Shown in pieces: positions 17,569 through 25,170 of a stretch of 25,170 nucleotides of DNA; positions within the stretch are counted from its first letter, which is position 1, and every line of letters begins with the position of its first letter. Where the stretch lies: contig CAYZRF010000024.1 in assembly GCA_964480775.1 (NCBI GenBank), positions 1 through 25,170 of the forward strand, read 5' to 3'. The translations under genes were made by a program, and so were the position numbers. The notes beneath the pieces are model-generated. The model was not told the origin of the DNA. It made no database searches and saw only the letters and a list, made by a program, of their open reading frames with translations. This DNA comes from an uncultured Nitrososphaerota archaeon (GTDB lineage Archaea > Korarchaeota > Korarchaeia > Korarchaeales > Korarchaeaceae).

Positions 17569-18450
17569 TTATTGGAAGAGAGTCAAATATCCGATTGATT
17601 TGTAAATCAGCTTAGCCAAAAGATAAGCAGCGTCTTTCCTATTTACCACAGGACTGAACTCGACGAAATCCATCCCCACAATTCTTCTTGAAGATATGAC
17701 TTTTCTAAGTAGCTTTGTAGTGGTATACCAATCAAAACCCCCGGGCTCGGGGGTTCCAGTACAAGGCATTATCGAAGGATCCAAGAAATCGACATCGAAA
17801 CTTAAATAAACAGGAACTCCCTGAAATTTCTCCAAAACTTCTGTCAATTTCCCTTCAGGATCTTTTCTCGCTTCCAAAGCCGTTACCACGACGATATTCT
17901 CCTCTTTCCTGATAAAATCTACTTCCTCTTCCCCTAAAGATCTGACTCCAAAAACAATCGCTTTTCCTGTAATTTCATAACATCTCCTTATCGTGCAAGC
18001 ATGGCTGTACTTGCTCCCCTCGTATTCATCGTATAAATCAGCATGCGCATCGAGGAAAAGACATAACAAGTCCTCATATTTCTGCTTGAAAGCCTCTACG
18101 CTTCCAACCGTTATAGTGTGATCTCCACCCAATATTATTGGAAACTTTCCCTCTGAGATTATCCAGCCTATAGTTTCTCTTATCCTCCATAATGTTTTTT
18201 CTGCCGAGGCTCTGACTGGTTCAATCTCTTCCATAGTCCAGATGTCACCAAAAGTTCTCTTCGATTCGATATCATAATGTTCAAGATATTTTGAGGCATC
18301 CATTACCTCTGAAGGGCCGAACCTGGCTCCTGGAAGCCATGTAGTTGATGAATCATATGGGATGGGAACAACCACGAATCTTGACTCCTCAAAAGAGGAA
18401 TTTATTCCAGCAAATAGGCGGCTTGATCTTACAGGAACACGCGAACCCAT
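17569..18450 (-). CDS. speB: Agmatinase (arginase/ureohydrolase family)
   Basis: 293 aa with the Mn-binding signatures ILGGDHTIT, FLDAHADL and LSFDVDFLDPSIMPCTGTPEPGG. Confidence 0.85.
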   Translation of the reverse strand: MGSRVPVRSSRLFAGINSSFEESRFVVVPIPYDSSTTWLPGARFGPSEVMDASKYLEHYDIESKRTFGDIWTMEEIEPVRASAEKTLWRIRETIGWIISEGKFPIILGGDHTITVGSVEAFKQKYEDLLCLFLDAHADLYDEYEGSKYSHACTIRRCYEITGKAIVFGVRSLGEEEVDFIRKEENIVVVTALEARKDPEGKLTEVLEKFQGVPVYLSFDVDFLDPSIMPCTGTPEPGGFDWYTTTKLLRKVISSRRIVGMDFVEFSPVVNRKDAAYLLAKLIYKSIGYLTLFQ

Positions 18451-18653
18451 GACTTCAATCCACCCCTTGAGCGTTTATTAAGGATTAAACTTGATATTTT
18501 AAGTATCCTGATGTCTGTCTAGAAACAAGAAGGGGCAATAGATCACTTAAAGCCTTTCTAAAGTACAAATTGCCTAAAGTGGTAAAGTTTTAAATTACTT
18601 CCAGAGAAGGAAGTTGGGCTCCAGTACTTAGCCCATGAACGAGGTGAAACGAA

Positions 18654-18890
18654 ATGTCAGCCGGTCGTGTAGGAGTTCCCATGACAGATAGAATCCTAGA
18701 ATTTCTAGAGGAGCGAAATCCAGGCTTTAAGGCAGCCGTATGGCGCATATTCTATCCAATGAGAGAAGACGAGCCTATAGAGGTCGCAGTTAAGCCGGGT
18801 ACTCTCTCAGGAGAGGTACTCGAATTAACATTCGATGACAGGGCCATTGTTGTGAAAGAAGAGCCAAAACCAACCAGAAGAGGCGAGTGA
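18654..18890 (+). CDS. Small hypothetical protein (78 aa)
   Basis: ATG with GAGGTGA 7 nt upstream. Codon usage is similar to its neighbours. I recognised no family. Confidence 0.4.
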   Translation: MSAGRVGVPMTDRILEFLEERNPGFKAAVWRIFYPMREDEPIEVAVKPGTLSGEVLELTFDDRAIVVKEEPKPTRRGE

Positions 18891-18930
18891 GCACAAAGCT
18901 CCTAACGCCGGAGCCCTCGCTCCTCTTCTC

Positions 18931-18942
18931 TTTTTGATTTTT
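18931..18942 (+). terminator. Oligo-T tract (TTTTTGATTTTT) downstream of the small ORF, overlapping a TATA-like element for the por operon
   Basis: Two T5 runs lie 40-50 nt after the stop at 18890, which is archaeal intrinsic-terminator-like. TTTTTAGAA sits about 23-28 nt upstream of the SD-less porD ATG 18966, so it may double as a promoter for a leaderless transcript. Confidence 0.3.
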
Positions 18943-18965
18943 AGAATTAGTTAAAAATATTAAAC

Positions 18966-19283
18966 ATGTTTCGGATTGATACTTGGGTGTTTGCACTGAC
19001 AGAAGTATCGGAAGAGAAAGTTCCTATAGTTATTCCTGTCTCAAAACCATCAAAAGGAGCGGCAGGGAAGACAGGCTTATGGAGGGTATTCAAACCCATC
19101 ATAAACAAGGAAAAATGTACAAAATGCTTTATGTGCTGGCTTGTTTGCCCTGAGGAAGCCATTAAAGAGGGGAAGGATGGATTTCCAGAGATAGATTACA
19201 CTTACTGCAAGGGTTGTGGTGTTTGTTCAGATAATTGTCCTGTAGGAGCTATTTCAATGGTTGAAGAGGAGGAATCAGGATGA
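18966..19283 (+). CDS. porD: 2-oxoacid (pyruvate/2-ketoisovalerate):ferredoxin oxidoreductase, delta subunit
   Basis: 105 aa. KTGLWRVFKPIINKEKC, then two 4Fe-4S motifs: CTKCFMCWLVCP and CKGCGVCSDNCP. ATGA overlap with the next gene. Confidence 0.8.
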   Translation: MFRIDTWVFALTEVSEEKVPIVIPVSKPSKGAAGKTGLWRVFKPIINKEKCTKCFMCWLVCPEEAIKEGKDGFPEIDYTYCKGCGVCSDNCPVGAISMVEEEESG

Positions 19284-20500
19284 TTGCAAAAAGCAAAGAT
19301 GAGAGAAAAAAAGCTGGTGAATGGAAGATTCTTACAGGAAATCATGCTGTGTCATATGCAGCAAAACTGGCAAGAGTCCAGGTAGTTCCAGCATATCCTA
19401 TAACTCCTCAAACAACTATAGTGGAGCTTATTTCAGAGCTAATAGCTTCCGGGGAAATGAACGCTAGGATGATAAGAGTGGAAAGCGAGCACAGCGCAAT
19501 GGCAGCTGCCATAGGAGCTTCGGCTGTCGGTGCAAGAGTTTTTACCGCTACCGCGAGTCAAGGACTACTCCTAATGCATGAGATGCTCCACTGGGCTACT
19601 GGCTCAAGGACCCCTGTTGGAATGGCCGTAGTCAACAGGGCATTAGGACCCCCTTGGAACATACACGTTGACCACCAAGATGCGATCTCTCAGAGAGATA
19701 CAGGATGGATAATTTCTTTCGTCTCCTCTAATCAGGAGGCCCTAGATACAGTGATAACTCTCTATAAGGTTGCTGAGCATCCAGAGGTTCTCCTTCCCTT
19801 TATGGTCTGTCTCGATGGATTTGTGTTGAGCCACACCTATATGCCAGTTTACCTTCCTCCGCAAGATCAGGTCGATGAGTTCCTACCACCATATGATCCT
19901 CCGCATTGGAGGCTAGATCCGTCCAATCCAATCTCCTTCGGCCCTCTAGTACTTCCTAATCAGCCATACCAAGAAATGAGATGGTCTATACACAAATCCA
20001 TGGAAAAAGCATTGAATCTATTCGAAAAATATAGTAGGGAGTATGGAGAACTCTTTGACCTCAGACATGGAGGAGCTGTCAAAAGATACGAAACTGAAGA
20101 CGCTGATTACCTAATTATTACGGCTGGAACCCTGGCTTCAGAGGCAGAAGCTGCCGTGGATAAAATGAGAGATGACAGAATGAGAGTTGGACTCCTAAAA
20201 ATAAGGATGTACAGGCCGTTTCCATCGGAAGACATTAAGAAGGAGTTAGAGGGCAAAAGAGGCGCCATAGTTATAGATAGGAGCATTTCCTTCGGCTTTT
20301 CAGGACCCCTCTCAGAAGACGTTAGAGCCACTCTTCACTCCTTTGGTCTAGATGTTCCAGTCGTCTCTTACATAACTGGGCTAGGAGGCAGGGATGTAAC
20401 CTACTCTGACATTGAAAACATGGTTTCAAAGGGAGTTTCTTTGATCAACGAGGGGAAAACACCCCTGATCCTATGGCATAAAATGAGGGAGGGATTCTGA
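19280..20500 (+). CDS. porA: 2-oxoacid:ferredoxin oxidoreductase, alpha subunit
   Basis: 406 aa. LTGNHAVSYAAKLARVQVVPAYPITPQT, ESEHSAMAAAIGAS, GARVFTATASQGL, and a C-terminal domain III. POR versus VOR specificity cannot be decided from the sequence by eye. Confidence 0.85.
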   Translation: MIAKSKDERKKAGEWKILTGNHAVSYAAKLARVQVVPAYPITPQTTIVELISELIASGEMNARMIRVESEHSAMAAAIGASAVGARVFTATASQGLLLMHEMLHWATGSRTPVGMAVVNRALGPPWNIHVDHQDAISQRDTGWIISFVSSNQEALDTVITLYKVAEHPEVLLPFMVCLDGFVLSHTYMPVYLPPQDQVDEFLPPYDPPHWRLDPSNPISFGPLVLPNQPYQEMRWSIHKSMEKALNLFEKYSREYGELFDLRHGGAVKRYETEDADYLIITAGTLASEAEAAVDKMRDDRMRVGLLKIRMYRPFPSEDIKKELEGKRGAIVIDRSISFGFSGPLSEDVRATLHSFGLDVPVVSYITGLGGRDVTYSDIENMVSKGVSLINEGKTPLILWHKMREGF

Positions 20501-20502
20501 GG

Positions 20503-21396
20503 ATGGTGGTAAAGATAACTGACCTAAGGAGAGAGGGAGAATACCTTCTGCCTGGTTCAGCAGCTTGCCCGGGGTGTGGTCTAGCAATAGCTTTTAGAAT
20601 AGCGTCGAAGGTCCTTGGAAAAAACACCATATACTTCATACCAGCCTGCTGCACAAGCGTCATTCAAGCTCCTTATCCAAAAAGCGCCTTTAACGTTCCG
20701 GTATATAACGTTGCATTTATGGCCGCCGCCGCAGCCGCATCTGGTGCAGTTGAAGGATTGAGAGCATTGGGTAAAAAGGATATACAGGTAGTTGTGTGGG
20801 CTGGTGATGGAGGCACTGTTGACATAGGAATTCAAGCTCTCTCAGGAGCTTTTGAAAGGAATCACGATTTCATATACATATGTTATGATAATGAGGCTTA
20901 CATGAATACTGGCATTCAAAAATCTGGATCCACACCTTTTGGTGCATGGACAACAACCACACCCAAAGGAAGGATTGGAATGAAGAAGAACATGCCCTTT
21001 ATTGTGGCATCGCACGGTGCCCCCTACGTCGCAACTGCAAGTGTTGGTTATCCACTGGATCTAGCAAACAAGATTGAAAAAGCCAAGAGGATAAAGGGTC
21101 CAAAGTACATACATATACTCGCTCCATGCCCTCCGGGCTGGAGGTTTCCAATGGATAAGACTATAAAAGTAGGGAAACTAGCTGTAGATTCTTACATATG
21201 GCCTCTCTACGAGATAAAAAACGGAAAACTTCGAATAACCATGAAACCGAAGAGAGTTCCGATTGAAGAATACCTAAAGCTTCAGGGCAGGTTCAGGAAT
21301 ATTTCGACTGAAGAGATAGAAAAAATAAAGCAAATGGTAGAAGAACAGTGGGAAATATTGCAGAAGCTGGAGTCTATCGGAAAGATCTTTCTGTAA
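20503..21396 (+). CDS. porB: 2-oxoacid:ferredoxin oxidoreductase, beta (TPP/Fe-S) subunit
   Basis: 297 aa. PGSAACPGCG cluster-ligand cysteines, the GDGG..DIG TPP motif, YDNEAYMNTGIQKS, and ILAPCPPGW. Confidence 0.85.
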   Translation: MVVKITDLRREGEYLLPGSAACPGCGLAIAFRIASKVLGKNTIYFIPACCTSVIQAPYPKSAFNVPVYNVAFMAAAAAASGAVEGLRALGKKDIQVVVWAGDGGTVDIGIQALSGAFERNHDFIYICYDNEAYMNTGIQKSGSTPFGAWTTTTPKGRIGMKKNMPFIVASHGAPYVATASVGYPLDLANKIEKAKRIKGPKYIHILAPCPPGWRFPMDKTIKVGKLAVDSYIWPLYEIKNGKLRITMKPKRVPIEEYLKLQGRFRNISTEEIEKIKQMVEEQWEILQKLESIGKIFL

Positions 21397-21414
21397 GGTT
21401 GTTGGGTTTGAAGC

Positions 21415-23037
21415 TTAACCTATCTCTACACCCATTATGGAAGGCGGCCCGATATCCTCCTTTTTTCTCCTGAACTTTTTTGATAGAAGGTTTAGAGCAA
21501 AACCTGCAAAAACCGATAAGATTACGATCAGAAAAATCGGCTGGAACGTTAATAAGAACTCCGCATCATCAATGCACCTAGTAGCCTCGCTTACCCTGCC
21601 CTCTTTAAATAGATTCCTGGCTCTTTTTAGTTGAATCCCAGCCATCCAATTGAACGGGTTGTATCTAAAGCCTTTATTTATCCTAGCCTTTAACTCCAAT
21701 ATCCTAGTTTCGATTGAAGGTCTGATGTCAAATCCCCATTGTTTAAACATTGGACTTAGATCTTTACCAGCGGCTTGGCTTAAGTAAAGCACGAAAAGAT
21801 CCATAGTATCTATTTCAACGCCTTCTTCTGTAAAAGCCTCAAAGAACCTATCAAAAAGGCTTATCCCACCGTATTGCTCCCCTATTGTGTAGATCAGGTA
21901 TAGACTGGCAGCGTAGTATGGCCTAGGATCAGGAGGGGGGCCTCCACCACGCCAACCTACTAAAAAGCCAAAATCTTCAAGCTGTTCTCCTACTTGCTTG
22001 GCAGTCTCTATCTCATCCAAGCCAAGCTTAACTCCCTTCTCTTTGAGGAGTTCAATGGCTAAATAGTTCGCCAAGCCCTCATGAGCCCAACGTAGCTGGG
22101 TGGACAGCCCCGCCTGTCCCATATACTGATGAAATAGTTCGTGCAGAAGAGTTTCTTCTAACGTCCCCTCGGGCATCCTAATGACTATCATGTTAATGTA
22201 GACTCGTTGGGGCTCAAACCTTTCTTCAGCCTTTAATCTCTCTCTCAATCGGGTATAACCAAGGGTATATAGCTCCTCTACATCTTCTGGAACAAATAAC
22301 TCTAGAGTTATGTTTATTTCTGGTTGATTCGTGATGTCCATAATTCTTTGGATAAACATCTCATAAGCGGAAGTTATGTTTTCCGCCACATCGATGTACC
22401 TGCTCGGACACTTGATCTTAAGGCCACCCTCGGTTATTTCGACGAATTCGGCTGTTGGTACCTCGAATGAGATCAAAACCCTAACTAAGTGACCCTTATA
22501 ATCCTCAGAATCGAAGAAGAGCAGCCTTCTGTCGTCAATCACCTTTTCTTGACGGAAGCTATTTTCTTGTACCTCTTGTTCAGTTGAAAGGAAAATGTTC
22601 TCTATTTGATAGCTAGCGGACATGTTAACAATTATCTCGGTATGATACGCCGGAGAATAACAAATTGCCGTTGAGAAGAAGACCCCCTTAGGTTCTACTA
22701 TCAGAGCACCAAATCTATAACTCCAATTTATTTCTAAATAAGCGTTCGGGATGAAATCAAACGTAAAATTGTAGTAGAAGTAGTAAGTGGAATTCTGTAT
22801 AGATGTGTTGGAAATTCCGATTAGCTTGCTGTCGTAATCGTGGAATTTAGGCACAAGCAGCCACGCATGACCCGCTTCCTCCGAAGTGAAGTTGACGTAG
22901 ATGTCTATCCATCCATCTTCACGCACGGTAAAGAGATAAGTAAATCCACTTTTCTCCTGCTCCTTTGCTCTAATTGTCATAGTATTTGCTGTAACAATAA
23001 GCAAAATCAGGGCTAAAGTGATCAAAATCCTCCTCAT
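21415..23037 (-). CDS. Membrane-anchored extracellular gluzincin metallopeptidase (Peptidase_MA/M1-like catalytic domain)
   Basis: 540 aa. N-terminal signal/anchor MRRILITLALILLIVTANT. The HELFH zinc motif is followed 16 residues later by WAHEGLANY (third ligand Glu). C-terminal TM helix FQPIFLIVILSVFAGFALNLL plus a basic tail. There are at least 8 N-x-S/T sequons in the N-terminal half. Confidence 0.6.
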   Translation of the reverse strand: MRRILITLALILLIVTANTMTIRAKEQEKSGFTYLFTVREDGWIDIYVNFTSEEAGHAWLLVPKFHDYDSKLIGISNTSIQNSTYYFYYNFTFDFIPNAYLEINWSYRFGALIVEPKGVFFSTAICYSPAYHTEIIVNMSASYQIENIFLSTEQEVQENSFRQEKVIDDRRLLFFDSEDYKGHLVRVLISFEVPTAEFVEITEGGLKIKCPSRYIDVAENITSAYEMFIQRIMDITNQPEINITLELFVPEDVEELYTLGYTRLRERLKAEERFEPQRVYINMIVIRMPEGTLEETLLHELFHQYMGQAGLSTQLRWAHEGLANYLAIELLKEKGVKLGLDEIETAKQVGEQLEDFGFLVGWRGGGPPPDPRPYYAASLYLIYTIGEQYGGISLFDRFFEAFTEEGVEIDTMDLFVLYLSQAAGKDLSPMFKQWGFDIRPSIETRILELKARINKGFRYNPFNWMAGIQLKRARNLFKEGRVSEATRCIDDAEFLLTFQPIFLIVILSVFAGFALNLLSKKFRRKKEDIGPPSIMGVEIG

Positions 23038-23050
23038 ATATCGCTCTTGC

Positions 23051-23383
23051 TTAGATGGGATATTCGTTATTAAACTCTTTGGCTGGCGGAGATATTAGAT
23101 AAGCGTTGGCCATCTGTTCTCTCTGTAGCATCTCCCATATTGCTCTAGCGTATATCTCTGTCTTATCTTCTTCTGTGAGAATGGCCTTTCCAGCCATTAT
23201 CTGCTCCTTAAGGTACTTTGCGGGATCCTCTCCCCTTGCTCTTATTATCTCCCTCAATATGTCCTCAAGAGTTGCTTTAGGTTTGGGAAATATCCTTAGG
23301 TTTGCCGCTGCATAGATGGAGCGCAGGAACCCGATCCCTTTCATCCGAGCGTCGTGGTAAGTGCTCAGCTTATAATCCATCAT
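23051..23383 (-). CDS. Hypothetical protein (110 aa), start uncertain
   Basis: ORF with a tandem ATG ATG and no clear SD. The reading frame stays open 40 codons further upstream (to 23503) with no alternative start codon. I recognised no family. Confidence 0.35.
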   Translation of the reverse strand: MMDYKLSTYHDARMKGIGFLRSIYAAANLRIFPKPKATLEDILREIIRARGEDPAKYLKEQIMAGKAILTEEDKTEIYARAIWEMLQREQMANAYLISPPAKEFNNEYPI

Positions 23384-23483
23384 GTATTCATGTAGCGCGC
23401 GCTCTTTCTCAACCGACCGTAAGATGTCTATGTCCGCATTAGGAGAAACTTCTTTGATAGAAGGAGGTGGCAGATACTTGAGT

Positions 23484-23711
23484 TCAGTTTTTAATTTTAG
23501 GATTTATAAAACCGGATTCACTAAAGGTATGGAGCATTTCTAGATTTTTAAGTCCCTTTTTACAAAGAGAAGGCTTGTTGTCCTTTGCAAGGTTAATCTC
23601 ATACAATACAACATCCGGTATGATTATCCTAAAATGATAGATGCTTATACACTCTTCAAGGGAGACAATTATCTCATTAATAGATACACATGCATCTTTC
23701 CCGCCACACAA
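23484..23711 (-). CDS. Short AT-rich ORF (75 aa), possible gene fragment
   Basis: TTG start only. The segment IIIPDVVLYEINLAKDNKPSLCKKGLKNLEML is faintly PIN/ATPase-linker-like. It overlaps the open upstream frame of the next ORF by 20 nt. It may be non-coding or a fragment. Confidence 0.2.
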   Translation of the reverse strand: MCGGKDACVSINEIIVSLEECISIYHFRIIIPDVVLYEINLAKDNKPSLCKKGLKNLEMLHTFSESGFINPKIKN

Positions 23712-23837
23712 AAGAAAAAGTATAGATTTAGAATTTAAATGTTAAAATCAGACTAATCTAGGATTGAAATGAGTCCAAGATGTTCTGGAAATCTATTTGA
23801 TAGAGAGATGCCATAGTAATTTAGGAGAGTGTACCAA

Positions 23838-24968
23838 ATGTTAGAGAACATTAAAGAAGCAGTTTTCTACTGTACTGAATGTAAAGCCTGTATGGATGTA
23901 TGTTCTTTCTATCTTTCAAGCAAAGACGAAAACATAGGTCCTTGGGGTAAAATTAAAGCAGCCCAATTAGTTTTAAACGAAGAGAAAAATATTAGTGAGA
24001 TCGTTAAAGAGCTATATACATGTACTTGTTGTGAAACTTGTGAACTAGTCTGTCCCATGAATATTCCTATTTCAGATGTTATTCGGAGCCTTAGAAGTCT
24101 TGCAGTTGAGGAAGGAAAAGTTCCGGAGCCCATTACAAATATTTGCAAAAACATTGTAAGTAGCGGATCGATGACTGGTGAAGGCCCAGAATACTGGAAG
24201 AAATGGATTCCTGACGGCATTAAGTTTCCGGAAAAGGCCGAGTATGTTTACCTTGTTGGATGTATGGTTCCGTTTAGACTACATGAAATAGGACACGCAA
24301 CAGTAGATATTTTTAGTAAAGCTAATCTTGATTTTACGATTCTCGGCGAGCAGGAAAGATGTTGTGGACTTCTCCTTTTTGATCACGGATTTTTTGATAA
24401 GGCAAAAAAAGTAGCAGAAAGTAACATTGCAAAAATAGAGGAGAAAGGTATTGATAGGGTTGTGACGGCTTGCGCTGCATGTTATTACACATATAAGTAT
24501 ATATATCCACGTATATATGGAAAACCAGATTTCGAGGTTCTACATGTTGTCGAGGTTTTATCAGACCTTATTGACCAAGAAAAAATTAAATTTAAGCGAA
24601 TAGAGGAGAAATTTGTGTTTTTAGACCCTTGCCATTTCGCTAAGACATCGGAAAAATATGAGGAGCCTCGGAAAATCATTGAGAGTATTCCTGGAATAGA
24701 GCTTTTAGAATTTTCAAAGAACAGGAATGAAGGTTACTGTTGTGGGGCTCCGGGTGGAATTAGACTATTATTTAGGGATATATCGAATTCTGTGGCGATG
24801 ATGATAATAAGAGAAGCATTGGATCTTGGTGCTTCAAGAATTATAACGGCATGTCCACTGTGTATGTATCAACTTGCAAGCACGGTTAGAAAACAAGGAA
24901 TAAAAAGCCTAAAGGTAATGGACATACCCATGCTTCTTCACGAAGCATATAGATCATCGAACCTGTAG
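23838..24968 (+). CDS. Fe-S oxidoreductase with 2x[4Fe-4S] ferredoxin domain and two CCG domains (HdrD/GlcF/GlpC-like)
   Basis: CTECKACMDVC and CTCCETCELVCP cluster motifs. Two CCG cysteine-rich domains (VGCM..CCGLLL..TACAACY and LDPCHF..CCGAPGG..TACPLCMYQL). ATG 23838 is 8 nt after AGGAGAG, and the GTG at 23829 is unlikely. Confidence 0.75.
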   Translation: MLENIKEAVFYCTECKACMDVCSFYLSSKDENIGPWGKIKAAQLVLNEEKNISEIVKELYTCTCCETCELVCPMNIPISDVIRSLRSLAVEEGKVPEPITNICKNIVSSGSMTGEGPEYWKKWIPDGIKFPEKAEYVYLVGCMVPFRLHEIGHATVDIFSKANLDFTILGEQERCCGLLLFDHGFFDKAKKVAESNIAKIEEKGIDRVVTACAACYYTYKYIYPRIYGKPDFEVLHVVEVLSDLIDQEKIKFKRIEEKFVFLDPCHFAKTSEKYEEPRKIIESIPGIELLEFSKNRNEGYCCGAPGGIRLLFRDISNSVAMMIIREALDLGASRIITACPLCMYQLASTVRKQGIKSLKVMDIPMLLHEAYRSSNL

Positions 24969-25170
24969 GAACTATTTCTTTGAAAGAATTTGAAAAAGAG
25001 ATGAACCTTTCATTGAGACAAATGGGAATTACCGTGAACATCTAAGAATGCTACTATTCGCACAATTATAACTTATCAAAGAGGATCTAAAAAGCTTCAA
25101 AAGACGAAATTCCACTAACGTATTGCGGATAAAAGAAGTTGCCGAAGGCAATTTGGGCGAAGCGTAGCGA

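Noticed and set aside
17259-17615. 118-aa plus-strand ORF bridging the end of the membrane-protein gene and the end of speB
   Set aside because: It is out of frame within one supported gene and antisense to another. It has no SD and no recognisable domain.
21933-21950. GGAGG-GGGG-CCTCC inverted repeat that could form a hairpin
   Set aside because: It lies inside the peptidase CDS, where it encodes the GGGPPP segment. It is most simply explained by Gly/Pro codons.
25087-25170. Minus-strand frame open from the window edge to a TAG at 25087-25089 (27 codons, ...IAFGNFFYPQYVSGISSFEAF)
   Set aside because: It is too short and featureless to call. It may be the 3' end of a gene lying beyond the window.

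Overview
This is an archaeal chromosomal segment on a compact, mostly housekeeping backbone. It holds about 24 protein-coding genes with many 4-nt start/stop overlaps. I found no rRNA, tRNA, CRISPR array or intact mobile element by eye.

Gene order, left to right:
- wHTH regulator plus a PIN-toxin remnant
- a translationally coupled minus-strand operon: Clp1-type polynucleotide kinase, glycerate 2-kinase, TrmB-family regulator, EndoQ
- a RuBisCO large-subunit homolog convergent with ribose-1,5-bisphosphate isomerase
- crenactin, co-directional with Ogt
- RtcA RNA cyclase
- multi-OB/Zn-ribbon RPA
- AsnRS
- UbiD-family decarboxylase overlapping HflX
- an ECF-S-like membrane protein
- agmatinase
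- a small unknown ORF, then a porDAB-type 2-oxoacid:ferredoxin oxidoreductase operon
- a membrane-anchored gluzincin peptidase
- an AT-rich terminal block with broken or short ORFs and an HdrD/GlcF-like Fe-S protein

Crenactin together with a euryarchaeal-style RPA, EndoQ and Shine-Dalgarno-led TTG starts suggests a Korarchaeota-like or deep TACK lineage. That is inference only.

The most interesting item is the RuBisCO homolog. It is clearly of form III ancestry, but the carbamylated lysine, both Mg ligands and most substrate-binding residues are replaced, and it sits tail-to-tail with an apparently intact R15P isomerase. I see no defence island or obvious new multi-gene system. The other findings are modest: context, gene-start and composition anomalies. 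All homology calls come from reading motifs against remembered family signatures, and no database search was run.
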